A DNA stretch of 34,733 nucleotides, from the NCBI GenBank assembly GCA_046581755.1, contig JAYGFR010000014.1, positions 1 to 34,733 of the forward strand. The letters run 5' to 3'. Made by a program: the position numbers and the translations under genes. The notes beneath the pieces were generated by a model. It searched no databases. It saw only the letters and a list, made by a program, of their open reading frames with translations, and was not told the origin of the DNA. Every line of letters starts with the position of its first letter. Position 1 is the first letter of the stretch. Positions 1-7,977 of this stretch are shown here, piece by piece. The DNA is from Nitrospinota bacterium. Its GTDB lineage: Bacteria > UBA8248.

Positions 1-20
1 CGGCCTTTATTCGACGAACT

Positions 21-398
21 CTATTCGACGAGCTCCTCCTCTCCGTTTATGAAAGCCATTAAAAGCGAGGAAAGGCGATCTCGATCATCCTCGGGAATAT
101 CGATCGATAGGCCCACCGACCAGGTCTTGGGGTCGGTACCGTTTTCTTCGACACGGACGACACGGCCCTTCAGGTTGGCGAGAGAAACCCCATATACCTG
201 AATGTCGCATCCGCATCTGTCGTCAACGGCCGGGCATTTGGTCAATTTGACCTTGAAGCCGCCCGTGCTGAAATCCTCGGGATGAAGCGGCCCATCGGCG
301 AGTTCGGGCAAAAAAACGAGGAGTTCAACCGCCGGCGCTTCTTTGCCGGATGGGTAGGCGAACCGAGTGAATTCACGTTTTTCTTCGTTCATTTGCAT
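21..398 (-). CDS. PilZ-domain protein (probable c-di-GMP receptor)
   Basis: RxxxR (KREFTRF) and D-x-S-x-x-G (DFSTGG) motifs followed by a beta-rich GRVVRVE segment; AGGGA RBS before the ATG. Confidence 0.8.
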   Translation of the reverse strand: MQMNEEKREFTRFAYPSGKEAPAVELLVFLPELADGPLHPEDFSTGGFKVKLTKCPAVDDRCGCDIQVYGVSLANLKGRVVRVEENGTDPKTWSVGLSIDIPEDDRDRLSSLLMAFINGEEELVE

Positions 399-641
399 GA
401 ATCCCTATTTATTAGAGGATCTGGCCTGAACCACCATAATCCATAGCATACCCCGTTTGCCCTAATTTCGGGAATGCCGATATCATAAATGTTAAATATT
501 CACCCCCGAATCCACGGTTAGACTGCGACTCGCGTGTTCGGGCGCCCCGGGGATTCTCCCTATTCGGGAAATTTCCCGGCGGCGACAAGACGCCACCCGT
601 CCCCAAACCGTTCCATGGCCGCCCAAAAATCGGCCAGGGCG

Positions 642-1232
642 TCAGGTGGAGGCGGATTCGTCCCGATCCCAATCCTGCCACTGCACCTGCTCGGACGCCG
701 GCTCGACCGGATTGTGAAACCCCTCCTGAAGACGGTTCCAGGCGTTGAACAGGCAGGTGAACAGGGTCAGTTCGACAATCTCTTTTTCGCTGAATATCTC
801 TTTCATCGAGGCAAAAGCGACATCATCACCCGGAGCGGTATTCTCGGTGAGGGCCGACGCCCAGCGGATGACCGTCTTTTCCTCATGGCTAAATAGGCCG
901 CTCGTCTCCCAATCTCCGGCGATGGCCTCGAAATGCGCGTCCGTCAGTCCCGCGGCTCGACCGAGCCCCTTGTTGTGGTCCGTTCATATGACGCACTGGT
1001 TCATGATGCTGGGCACCAGGATGGCCAGCTGCATCAGGCGCATCCGCGCGGGCTCGCCGCGCCACTGGCCCCGGAGGGCCTTCGTCAGGGCGATGATATG
1101 CTCCAACGCTTCGGGCGAGTGCGCCAGAGCGCGGTAGAAGCTGGGGACTGTCCCCCAGAGCTGCCGTGAGCGTTCGAAGTGGGGTTCGTGCGGACCTTTC
1201 GCATCATCACCCACCGGGGTAATTCTCGGCAT
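642..1232 (-). CDS. AhpD/carboxymuconolactone decarboxylase family protein, predicted selenoprotein (CxxU, Sec83), 196 aa
   Basis: ATG at 1232 with GGGAGG RBS. Frame reads ...AILVPSIMNQCVI-UGA(986..984)-TDHNKGLGRAAGLT...LFSHEEKTVIRWASALTEN...FSEKEIVELTLFTCLFNAWNRL to a stop at 644..642. The UGA sits at the second Cys of the AhpD NxCxxCxxxH motif and the downstream half matches the family C-terminus. Confidence 0.85.
954..983 (-). promoter_or_regulatory. Putative bacterial SECIS element
   Basis: Directly 3' of the UGA: stem GGCUC/GAGCC (967..963 with 958..954) with a GGUC loop beginning 22 nt after the UGA. A G at the start of the apical loop and this spacing fit the bacterial SECIS consensus. 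Confidence 0.65.
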
Positions 1233-1348
1233 GGAACCTGCCTCCCATTCATCGAGAAATGGCGATTTCAAAACGGCTCCCCTTAGAATCGCTCCCGCCG
1301 GTAAAATATACTAGCGCCAAAGGCCCGGCCGGCGAATTCCCGCCTCTC

Positions 1349-1377
1349 TTGGCGCGGAGGCCAGGTCTTGCTATATA
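1349..1377 (+). promoter_or_regulatory. Candidate sigma70 promoter for the PIG-L gene
   Basis: TTGGCG-N17-TATATA with an extended -10 TG. Confidence 0.4.
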
Positions 1378-1432
1378 AACCGCCAGTCCCCTGTTGGGGG
1401 CACAGGAGAACGGCCGCAAAGGAATTTTCGGG

Positions 1433-2143
1433 ATGAATCACGATAGAATTCTAGCCATTGCCGCCCATCCGGACGACCTCGATTTTCGCCTCGCCGGATC
1501 GGCCGCCCTCTGGGCCCGTGAGGGGCGCCATGTGGAATATCTCATTTGCACCAGCGGCGAAAAAGGGTTTAACGGAGACGGCGCATCCTCGCGCTCGATA
1601 GAAGAACGGCGCGCCATCCGCGAAAGCGAGCAGCGCGCCGCCGCCCGCGTCGTCGGCGTCAAGGAGGTGCACTTCCTCCGCCACCCGGACGGCGAACTCG
1701 CCAACACGCTCGGCCTCAGGCGCAGCCTCGTCCGCATCATGCGTCAGGTGAAGCCCTCCCTGGTCATTTCGGACGATCCGGCGAAGGACACTTACGATAG
1801 TTTTTACGGCTACCACAGCGATCACCGCGCCATCGGCCAGGCGGTGTTCGACGCCCTCTACCCCGCCGTGGGCAACGAGAATTTCTTCCCCGAGCTGATG
1901 GAAGAAGGGCTCGGGCCCCACAAGCCAAAAGAAGCCTACTTCGGCAGCCGCGACCGCCCCGATACCTGGATCGACATCTCCAAAACGTTTGACCTCAAGG
2001 TCAAGGCCCTGGCATGCCATAAAAGCCAGATTCCAGACATTGAAAAACTCATCCCCGAATTACGCGACTGGGGCCGCCGGAACGGCGAGGCAAAGGGCCT
2101 CGAGTGCGCCGAGAGCTTCCGGAGCCTCGAGGTTCCCCAGTAG
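1433..2143 (+). CDS. PIG-L/LmbE family deacetylase
   Basis: AHPDD, CTSGEKG, RESEQRAAARVVGV, HPDG and HSDH motifs; ATG 1433 chosen over the upstream TTG 1394. Confidence 0.9.
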   Translation: MNHDRILAIAAHPDDLDFRLAGSAALWAREGRHVEYLICTSGEKGFNGDGASSRSIEERRAIRESEQRAAARVVGVKEVHFLRHPDGELANTLGLRRSLVRIMRQVKPSLVISDDPAKDTYDSFYGYHSDHRAIGQAVFDALYPAVGNENFFPELMEEGLGPHKPKEAYFGSRDRPDTWIDISKTFDLKVKALACHKSQIPDIEKLIPELRDWGRRNGEAKGLECAESFRSLEVPQ

Positions 2144-2507
2144 GGGCGCCGCCGGGTTCGCTCTCCGCCCAACGCGCCCATTCCTCAGGCTGCCCCTGAG
2201 CGCCGGATGTCGCTGGCATTTTTCCTCAAATCCGCCCGGCCGGACAGATCATCCCAACCGGCTTCCCGGGCCGGAATTTCGCAACGAAAAGGTCTCTCAA
2301 GAAATTCTCAGCGAGTCCCTCCGCCTCATGGCAGGAATTTTTCGGCGACCTCATTTGCCTCATCCATTAATTGGGGCCTCTCTCCGGCAAGCGGCGCATC
2401 TGGTGGAACCGGCCCCCACCTCCTCCCACCCGGCATTCAAATACGCTACAATCCCCCGTGAACTTTATGGGCAAACCATTCCGGCAACCATTTGCAGAGG
2501 GATTTTC

Positions 2508-4355
2508 ATGTTTGGATACCAGGGAAGAATATTGCATATCGATCTCAGCTCCAGGACCAGCCGGGTTGAGGAATTCGGCGAAGAATTCGCGAGGAAATTT
2601 CTCGGCGGGAACGGCTTTGCCGTAAAAACCCTTTGGGATGCCGTGAAGCCCGAGACCGACCCTCTCTCGCCCGAAAACGTCATTTGCATCGCCGTGGGCC
2701 CCTTTACCGACACAGCGGTGCCCAGCGCGAGCCGGGCCTGCATCGGCACGAAAAGCCCGCTCACCGGTCTTTTTTTCGACAGCACGTTCGGCGGCTCCTG
2801 GCCCATCTCCCTCAAGCGGACCGGATACGACGCGCTCGTCCTTCACGGCAAGGCCGATTCGCTCACCTATCTTTCGATCACCGAAGAGGGGGCCGGATTC
2901 CGTGACGCCTCGAACCTAGCGGACAAATGGATCAGCGAGACCTGCGATACGGTATCGGAGAGCGAAAACGGGGCCGACGTCCTCGCCATCGGTCCCGCCG
3001 GGGAGAACATGGTCCGTTTCGCCGCGGCCGCCCACACCTGGCGCAAGAGCCGCGACGGGATTGCCGGGCGCGGCGGCATGGCGGCCGTCCTCGGAAGCAA
3101 GAACGTCAAAGCGATCGCCGTCAAAGGAAAAGCCAAGACCGCCGTGGCCGACGCCAAGGGGCTGCGCACCTATGTCAACGATACGGCCGCCGATGTGCGA
3201 AACGGCACAGCCGCCCTCAATAAATACGGCACCCCCATTCTCGTGAACATGATCAACAAGATGGGCGCACTCGGCACGATGAACCTGCAAAAAGAGGTTT
3301 TTGACAACTGCGAGCCCATCAGCGGCGAATCCATGCTCGAAAATTTTCTGGACAAGGACACGACTTGCCTGAAATGCCCGGTCGCCTGCGGCAAGGACTA
3401 CAAAATGAAGGGCGGCAAATGGGACGGGCTCAAGTGGAAAATGCCCGAATTCGAGTCCATCTTCTCGCTGGGCACCATGCTCGGCATCAACGACCCGGGC
3501 GCTCTTCTCCGGGGAAACCAGCTCTGCGACGAACTCGGCATGGACACCATCTCGGCGGGGGTCACTCTCTCGCTCGCCTATGAGTGCTTTGAGCGCGGGC
3601 TGCTCACGAAATCGGACACAGGGCGCGAACTCGCCTGGGGAGATCCGGACACCATGCTGGAACTGATCGAGGACATGGCCCACCGCCGGGGATTCGGCGC
3701 CCGGCTTGCCGAGGGCGGCCAACGCCTCGCCGAGGAAATCGGGGGCGATGCCCCGAACCTGCTCTATGCTGTCAAAGGGCTGGAGCTTCCCGCCCACAGC
3801 GCCCGGGCCCTGAAAGGAATGTCCATCGGATACGCGACCGGAACCCGTGGCGGCAGCCACCACGACACCCGCCCCACGCTTCAGTACGCTTCCGAGCATG
3901 ATAATACGATTGCCGACGGCAAGGCCGAATTCGCCATCAAGACCCAAAATTACACCGCCATGGGCGATTCCCTGACGCAGTGCCGCTTCACATCCGAGCG
4001 TGGCTACGGCGCGATGGTCAACGATAAATTCGCCAAGCTGCTCAACCTCGTCACCGGGTGGGACACGACGGCCGAGGAGCTCGAGGAAACCGGCGAGCGC
4101 ATCTGCAACCTCGAGCGCGCCTTCCAGGTCCGGGAAGGCGTGGATCGATCCCGCGACATGCTCCCCCACCGGGTGATGCACGAACCCATCCCGGACGGCC
4201 CCCACAAGGGAATGCACTGTCCGCCGGAGGAGCTCGAAAGGATGAAGGACGAGTATTACGAACTCCGGGGCTGGGACGAGAGGGGCATCCCCACCGAGAA
4301 GACCCTCACCCGCCTGGGCCTGAATAATCTGGCCTCCGAGGGTGCGCCCGGCTAG
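2508..4355 (+). CDS. Aldehyde:ferredoxin oxidoreductase family (tungstopterin AOR/WOR)
   Basis: MFGYQGRILHIDLS start, FLGGNG, KSPLTG, IGPAGEN, GRGGMAAVLGSKNVKAI, CxxCPVAC, DELGMDTIS, YYELRGWD; GAGGGA RBS before 2508. Confidence 0.93.
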   Translation: MFGYQGRILHIDLSSRTSRVEEFGEEFARKFLGGNGFAVKTLWDAVKPETDPLSPENVICIAVGPFTDTAVPSASRACIGTKSPLTGLFFDSTFGGSWPISLKRTGYDALVLHGKADSLTYLSITEEGAGFRDASNLADKWISETCDTVSESENGADVLAIGPAGENMVRFAAAAHTWRKSRDGIAGRGGMAAVLGSKNVKAIAVKGKAKTAVADAKGLRTYVNDTAADVRNGTAALNKYGTPILVNMINKMGALGTMNLQKEVFDNCEPISGESMLENFLDKDTTCLKCPVACGKDYKMKGGKWDGLKWKMPEFESIFSLGTMLGINDPGALLRGNQLCDELGMDTISAGVTLSLAYECFERGLLTKSDTGRELAWGDPDTMLELIEDMAHRRGFGARLAEGGQRLAEEIGGDAPNLLYAVKGLELPAHSARALKGMSIGYATGTRGGSHHDTRPTLQYASEHDNTIADGKAEFAIKTQNYTAMGDSLTQCRFTSERGYGAMVNDKFAKLLNLVTGWDTTAEELEETGERICNLERAFQVREGVDRSRDMLPHRVMHEPIPDGPHKGMHCPPEELERMKDEYYELRGWDERGIPTEKTLTRLGLNNLASEGAPG

Positions 4356-4366
4356 GCAGCCCAGCC

Positions 4367-4423
4367 GGGCGGGAGGGTTCCCCGGGGGAAATTATTGCCC
4401 TCTCCGGCGAATTCCTCCCGCCC
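4367..4423. repeat. Inverted repeat (GGGCGGGAGG / CCTCCCGCCC) with an inner palindrome, possible terminator or upstream site
   Basis: Perfect 10-bp arms at 4367-4376 and 4414-4423; TTCCCC-G-GGGGAA at 4378-4390; lies just after the AOR stop. Confidence 0.45.
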
Positions 4424-4496
4424 CACGGCCCGCAAATGCGGTGGGCCATTTCCCGCAATTCGTTGTATTTGAATGCTTTGTTGTTTCCTAATCTTT

Positions 4497-4512
4497 CGGC
4501 ACGCCCTTTGCT
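4497..4512 (+). promoter_or_regulatory. Sigma54 (-24/-12) promoter of flgE
   Basis: CGGCACGCCCTTTGCT has GG-N10-GC and is close to TGGCACG-N4-TTGCW; preceded by an AT-rich, IHF-like tract (about 4455-4490). Confidence 0.75.
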
Positions 4513-4600
4513 TATTATCTCTTCGACAATTTCGGCGCGGACCGAAAAACCGCGCCGTCCGGGAGGGAAGTGCCCCGCAGGCGGGGTCACCTACCGGAAA

Positions 4601-4643
4601 CAGAATCATTGGAACTGGCCGGACGCAGAATCACAGGAACTGG
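4601..4643 (+). repeat. Direct repeat CAGAATCA(TT/CA)GGAACTGG x2 in the flgE leader
   Basis: Copies at 4601-4618 and 4626-4643, 16/18 identical, 25-nt period; the second abuts the RBS. Confidence 0.75.
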
Positions 4644-4655
4644 AGGGAGTGAACG

Positions 4656-7172
4656 ATGGGCGTTTTTCCGGGGTTGGCAACAGGCGCTTCCTCGTTGAGC
4701 AACGCTTCCCAGATCATTAAGGTCATCGGGAACAACATCGCCAACGTCAACACCCCCGGATTCAAGCGAAGCCGCGCCACGACGTCCGAGGCCTTCTACT
4801 CCACGCTCGCCGCGTCCAACGGCATTCAAGTCGATAAAAGCCAAGTCGGAAACGGCGCCGGCCAGGTTAACATTCAAAGAATCATCACCCAGGGAAATAA
4901 TAAAGCGACTGGAATCACCCTGGACGTCGCCATCGAGGGCGCGGGCTTTTTCATCCTCAAGGATATCACGGACCCGGCCGGCCAAAGGTTGCTCTACACC
5001 CGCGACGGCTCATTCGACCTGGACAACAACCGCACCCTCATTCACAAGGCAACGAAAAATACGGTGCAGGCTTTTACCGTGGATGCCGCCGGGGCCATTA
5101 CCAACACGCTCGCCAATGTGGTCTTCGGAACCGGGACCAGCATCGGCCGGGCCTCCACCAAGGTCGAATTTCAGGGAAACCTGGATTCCAATGCCGAAAA
5201 TATCGGTACCGCAAGCTCGTTTACATCCGATTTTAAAACAGACGAATTCCTTGTCATCACCGGCACGAACGACCAGATCGCATTCGAGAGCGGAAGCTCG
5301 GGCCTGATTACGGCCAGCCTGATCACGGACGGCCTGTTGACCTCCGGCACGGCTGTGAACGGGGCCACCGTCGCCCAAGCCATCAAAACGGCGCTCGAAG
5401 CCAAAAACGGATCAGGCGACTCCTACACCGTCACCTACGATCGACCCTCCGACAGGTTCAACATCGTCAGCAACGAGAGCAACGTCAATAAAATCACCTT
5501 CCGCCACAGCAATACCGCCGCCTCGACGGCTTCGGGCCTGCTCGGTTTCCTGGCCGTGGATTCGGAGGCCATTCTCCAGGGAGAGAAAGAATTCAGCGAT
5601 GTGGGAGTCGCGTTCAACGTCATCGCCGGCGTCAACGACACCCTGACCGCTACGGTCGACGGAACGGCGGTCGCCATCACGGTTCCGGCCGGGAACTACA
5701 CGGGAAGGGAGTTGGCATTCAAAATTCAACAAGAGATTATAACCTCCTCGCCCGCCCTTCTCGGAACAAAGGTCTCATACAGCGCCGATGGATCCATAGA
5801 TCGCTTCAAACTCACCGGCCCCAAGACGGGCGGCGCCCATATCATCAACCAGCCGACCAACGCGGCGACGCCCATCATCTCCGTTGCCGCCACCCAATCC
5901 ACCGTAACGGGCGGGACCCTCCTCGCGACCACCGGATTCAACACCGGGACCGGAAAGGTGGGCACCGGATTCTTCGACGCCGCCAATCCGGTCGCCACCA
6001 GCAGCGCGAACGTCAGCATGGACGTTTTCGACGATCTCGGCGGCACACACTCGGTTACGGTTTTCGTCCGCAAGACGGGAGCGAATATCTGGGAATGGCA
6101 CGCCACCCTGGACGCATCGGATCTCATCGACCCCACTCCAGGCACCAAGAGGGGCGAGTTTATCATCACGGCAGGCACGAACGACCGGCTTTCGTTCGAG
6201 GTGGGGGGCTCGGGCCTATTGTCCGCCGATCTGATCGGGGGGAGCGGCGGGTTGGTCACTTCGGGTACGGTCGTAACCGGAGCCACCCTCGCCGCCGGGA
6301 TCAGAATTGCCCTGGAAGCCGCAGACCCCTCGGGCGATATCTACGCCGTCAGCTACAATGCGGTCTCCGATAAATTCTCCATCACCAACAATTTGGGGAA
6401 TCTCAACACGATTACCTTCCGCCACAGCAACACAGCGTCCACGGCCTCCAATACGCTTGGATTTCTCGCCGTCGATTCGCCTGCCATCTCCGTCGGAGGG
6501 GCGGAGGTCAGCGACATCGCGGACGCGGAGATCGAAGAGGTGGCGAGCGGCCTGCTCAAATTCACCACCGACGGAAAACTCGACAGCGAGACCCTCACGC
6601 CCGGAACCGGACTGTTCACTTTCGCCCCCGAATTCGCGGGCAACCCGGCGCCCACGGCGAATCAGGCCATCACGTTCGACTTCGGCGACGCCATCACCAC
6701 CGATACGACAGTATTGGGCACGGGCGACGACGGCGTCTCGCAGTTCAGCACCGGATCCAGGGAGTTGAGCAAGAAAAGCGAATTTGCCATCGACATCATC
6801 AAAGTGGACGGCGTCAGGAACGGACTGTTCGAGGCCTTGACGATAGAGCAATCGGACAACATCCTGGCAACGTTGTCGAACGGAGAAACCCAGCTGATCG
6901 CCAGGCTTGCCTTGGCCCTTTTCCCGGCTGAGGGGGAACTCTTCGCCGTTGGGGATAATTTTTTCATCGAGAATACTGCGTCCGGGCCGCCTGTGTTCGT
7001 ATCCCCCGACACAGGCGGCGCGGGGAGGATCATTCCCGAGGCCCTCGAAACATCGAACTCCGACCTCGGCGAGGAGTTCGTCGATCTGATTCTCGCGCAG
7101 GCCCTCTTCCAGGCGAACGCCCGCGTCGTCACGGTGTCCGACGAAATTCTCCAAGCCTTGACCCGTATCTAG
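4656..7172 (+). CDS. flgE: Flagellar hook protein FlgE with large inserted domains (838 aa)
   Basis: N-terminal IGNNIANVNTPGFK, TGITLDVAIEGAGFF, YTRDGSF, GNLDS, VFDDLGGTH (FlaE-like), C-terminal LETSNSDLGEEFVDLILAQALFQANARVVTVSDEILQ. Confidence 0.88.
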   Translation: MGVFPGLATGASSLSNASQIIKVIGNNIANVNTPGFKRSRATTSEAFYSTLAASNGIQVDKSQVGNGAGQVNIQRIITQGNNKATGITLDVAIEGAGFFILKDITDPAGQRLLYTRDGSFDLDNNRTLIHKATKNTVQAFTVDAAGAITNTLANVVFGTGTSIGRASTKVEFQGNLDSNAENIGTASSFTSDFKTDEFLVITGTNDQIAFESGSSGLITASLITDGLLTSGTAVNGATVAQAIKTALEAKNGSGDSYTVTYDRPSDRFNIVSNESNVNKITFRHSNTAASTASGLLGFLAVDSEAILQGEKEFSDVGVAFNVIAGVNDTLTATVDGTAVAITVPAGNYTGRELAFKIQQEIITSSPALLGTKVSYSADGSIDRFKLTGPKTGGAHIINQPTNAATPIISVAATQSTVTGGTLLATTGFNTGTGKVGTGFFDAANPVATSSANVSMDVFDDLGGTHSVTVFVRKTGANIWEWHATLDASDLIDPTPGTKRGEFIITAGTNDRLSFEVGGSGLLSADLIGGSGGLVTSGTVVTGATLAAGIRIALEAADPSGDIYAVSYNAVSDKFSITNNLGNLNTITFRHSNTASTASNTLGFLAVDSPAISVGGAEVSDIADAEIEEVASGLLKFTTDGKLDSETLTPGTGLFTFAPEFAGNPAPTANQAITFDFGDAITTDTTVLGTGDDGVSQFSTGSRELSKKSEFAIDIIKVDGVRNGLFEALTIEQSDNILATLSNGETQLIARLALALFPAEGELFAVGDNFFIENTASGPPVFVSPDTGGAGRIIPEALETSNSDLGEEFVDLILAQALFQANARVVTVSDEILQALTRI
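5244..6488 (+). repeat. Diverged duplicated domain of about 110 aa inside FlgE (5244-5573 and 6156-6488)
   Basis: EFLVITGTNDQIAFE...KITFRHSNTAASTASGLLGFLAVDS versus EFIITAGTNDRLSFE...TITFRHSNTASTASNTLGFLAVDS. Confidence 0.85.
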
Positions 7173-7233
7173 CCGAAAGACCGCCCGAGACGGCGGAAGG
7201 GAAAAGCCCTCCTGAAGGAAGGCCCGTGCGCGC

Positions 7234-7953
7234 TCAGGCTTTTTGCGGGGGCCAGATGCGCGAGCCCACGAGAGGCGAGCCCGGGGGATGGAGAAGATAC
7301 CCGTGGACCCGGTGGGTCCACTCCGTCTCCTCGAGAGCCACATAGTTCTCCTCGCGCGCTTCGAGAGATACATACTCGTAGAGCACCGAATGCCGGGGCG
7401 CCCCCGAGGAGGCGAGAAGCTTCCGCGCTCCGACGCAACCCTCGGTTCGCTCCACTCCCGGCATTCTCTCCTGGGCGTACCAGGCTTGGAGATCCGCATC
7501 GTTTCCCTGGGCGTCGTAGCGGCCCATCTGGATGGCGGGAGAAAGCACATCCTCGGCCTCGCGCGAAGCCGCGCTGGGCCCCTCGATCCGCCATTCCTCG
7601 CAAAAAATCAGGCCAAGGGCGTTTATCCGGCGCGAGACCATCTCTCGCGTCTCGGCGCTTTGGCGCTCCTTGAGCTGCGCCGGGCTCGGGTCATGGAACG
7701 TCCGCGTGGATTCACCCCCAAACAGGGCGATGAAGCCCGCTCCCGAGGCCAGGGCCGGATCCTCCTCCCGCCCGAGGCGGGCCAGGACCTTCTCGAACGC
7801 TTTTCCCGGGTGCACGACCTCGTAGTGGGCGGCCCAAACATAACCGGGGCGGGCCAGCTTTTCGGGAATGTGCACCCTGTGAAACCAGTCCAGATACTCC
7901 TTCCGCCCCTCCCTCGGAAGGTCATAATAAATCGCCCAAATCGCCTTGTCCAT
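7234..7953 (-). CDS. Tandem EthD/DUF4286-like dimeric alpha-beta barrel protein
   Basis: Two similar halves (YLDWFHRVHIPEKLARPG and LQAWYAQERMPGVERTEG). Start at 7953 (GAGGGA RBS) or at 7977, adjacent to the upstream stop. Confidence 0.55.
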   Translation of the reverse strand: MDKAIWAIYYDLPREGRKEYLDWFHRVHIPEKLARPGYVWAAHYEVVHPGKAFEKVLARLGREEDPALASGAGFIALFGGESTRTFHDPSPAQLKERQSAETREMVSRRINALGLIFCEEWRIEGPSAASREAEDVLSPAIQMGRYDAQGNDADLQAWYAQERMPGVERTEGCVGARKLLASSGAPRHSVLYEYVSLEAREENYVALEETEWTHRVHGYLLHPPGSPLVGSRIWPPQKA

Positions 7954-7977
7954 GAATCCCTCGCTGAAATCGTCCAT

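Noticed and set aside
984..1271. 95-aa ORF as a complete gene or a nonsense pseudogene
   Set aside because: The stop is a UGA at a catalytic Cys position with an intact downstream half and a SECIS-like hairpin; Sec read-through explains it better.
2468..2497. GGGCAAACCATTC resembles the start of a c-di-GMP-I riboswitch
   Set aside because: The GAAA tetraloop, the GGGACGCAAA strand and the second stem are missing, and the start codon follows within about 25 nt.
1989..2507. 173-aa N-terminal extension of AOR in the ORF track
   Set aside because: Overlaps the PIG-L gene and is low-information; the family N-terminus and an RBS point to ATG 2508.
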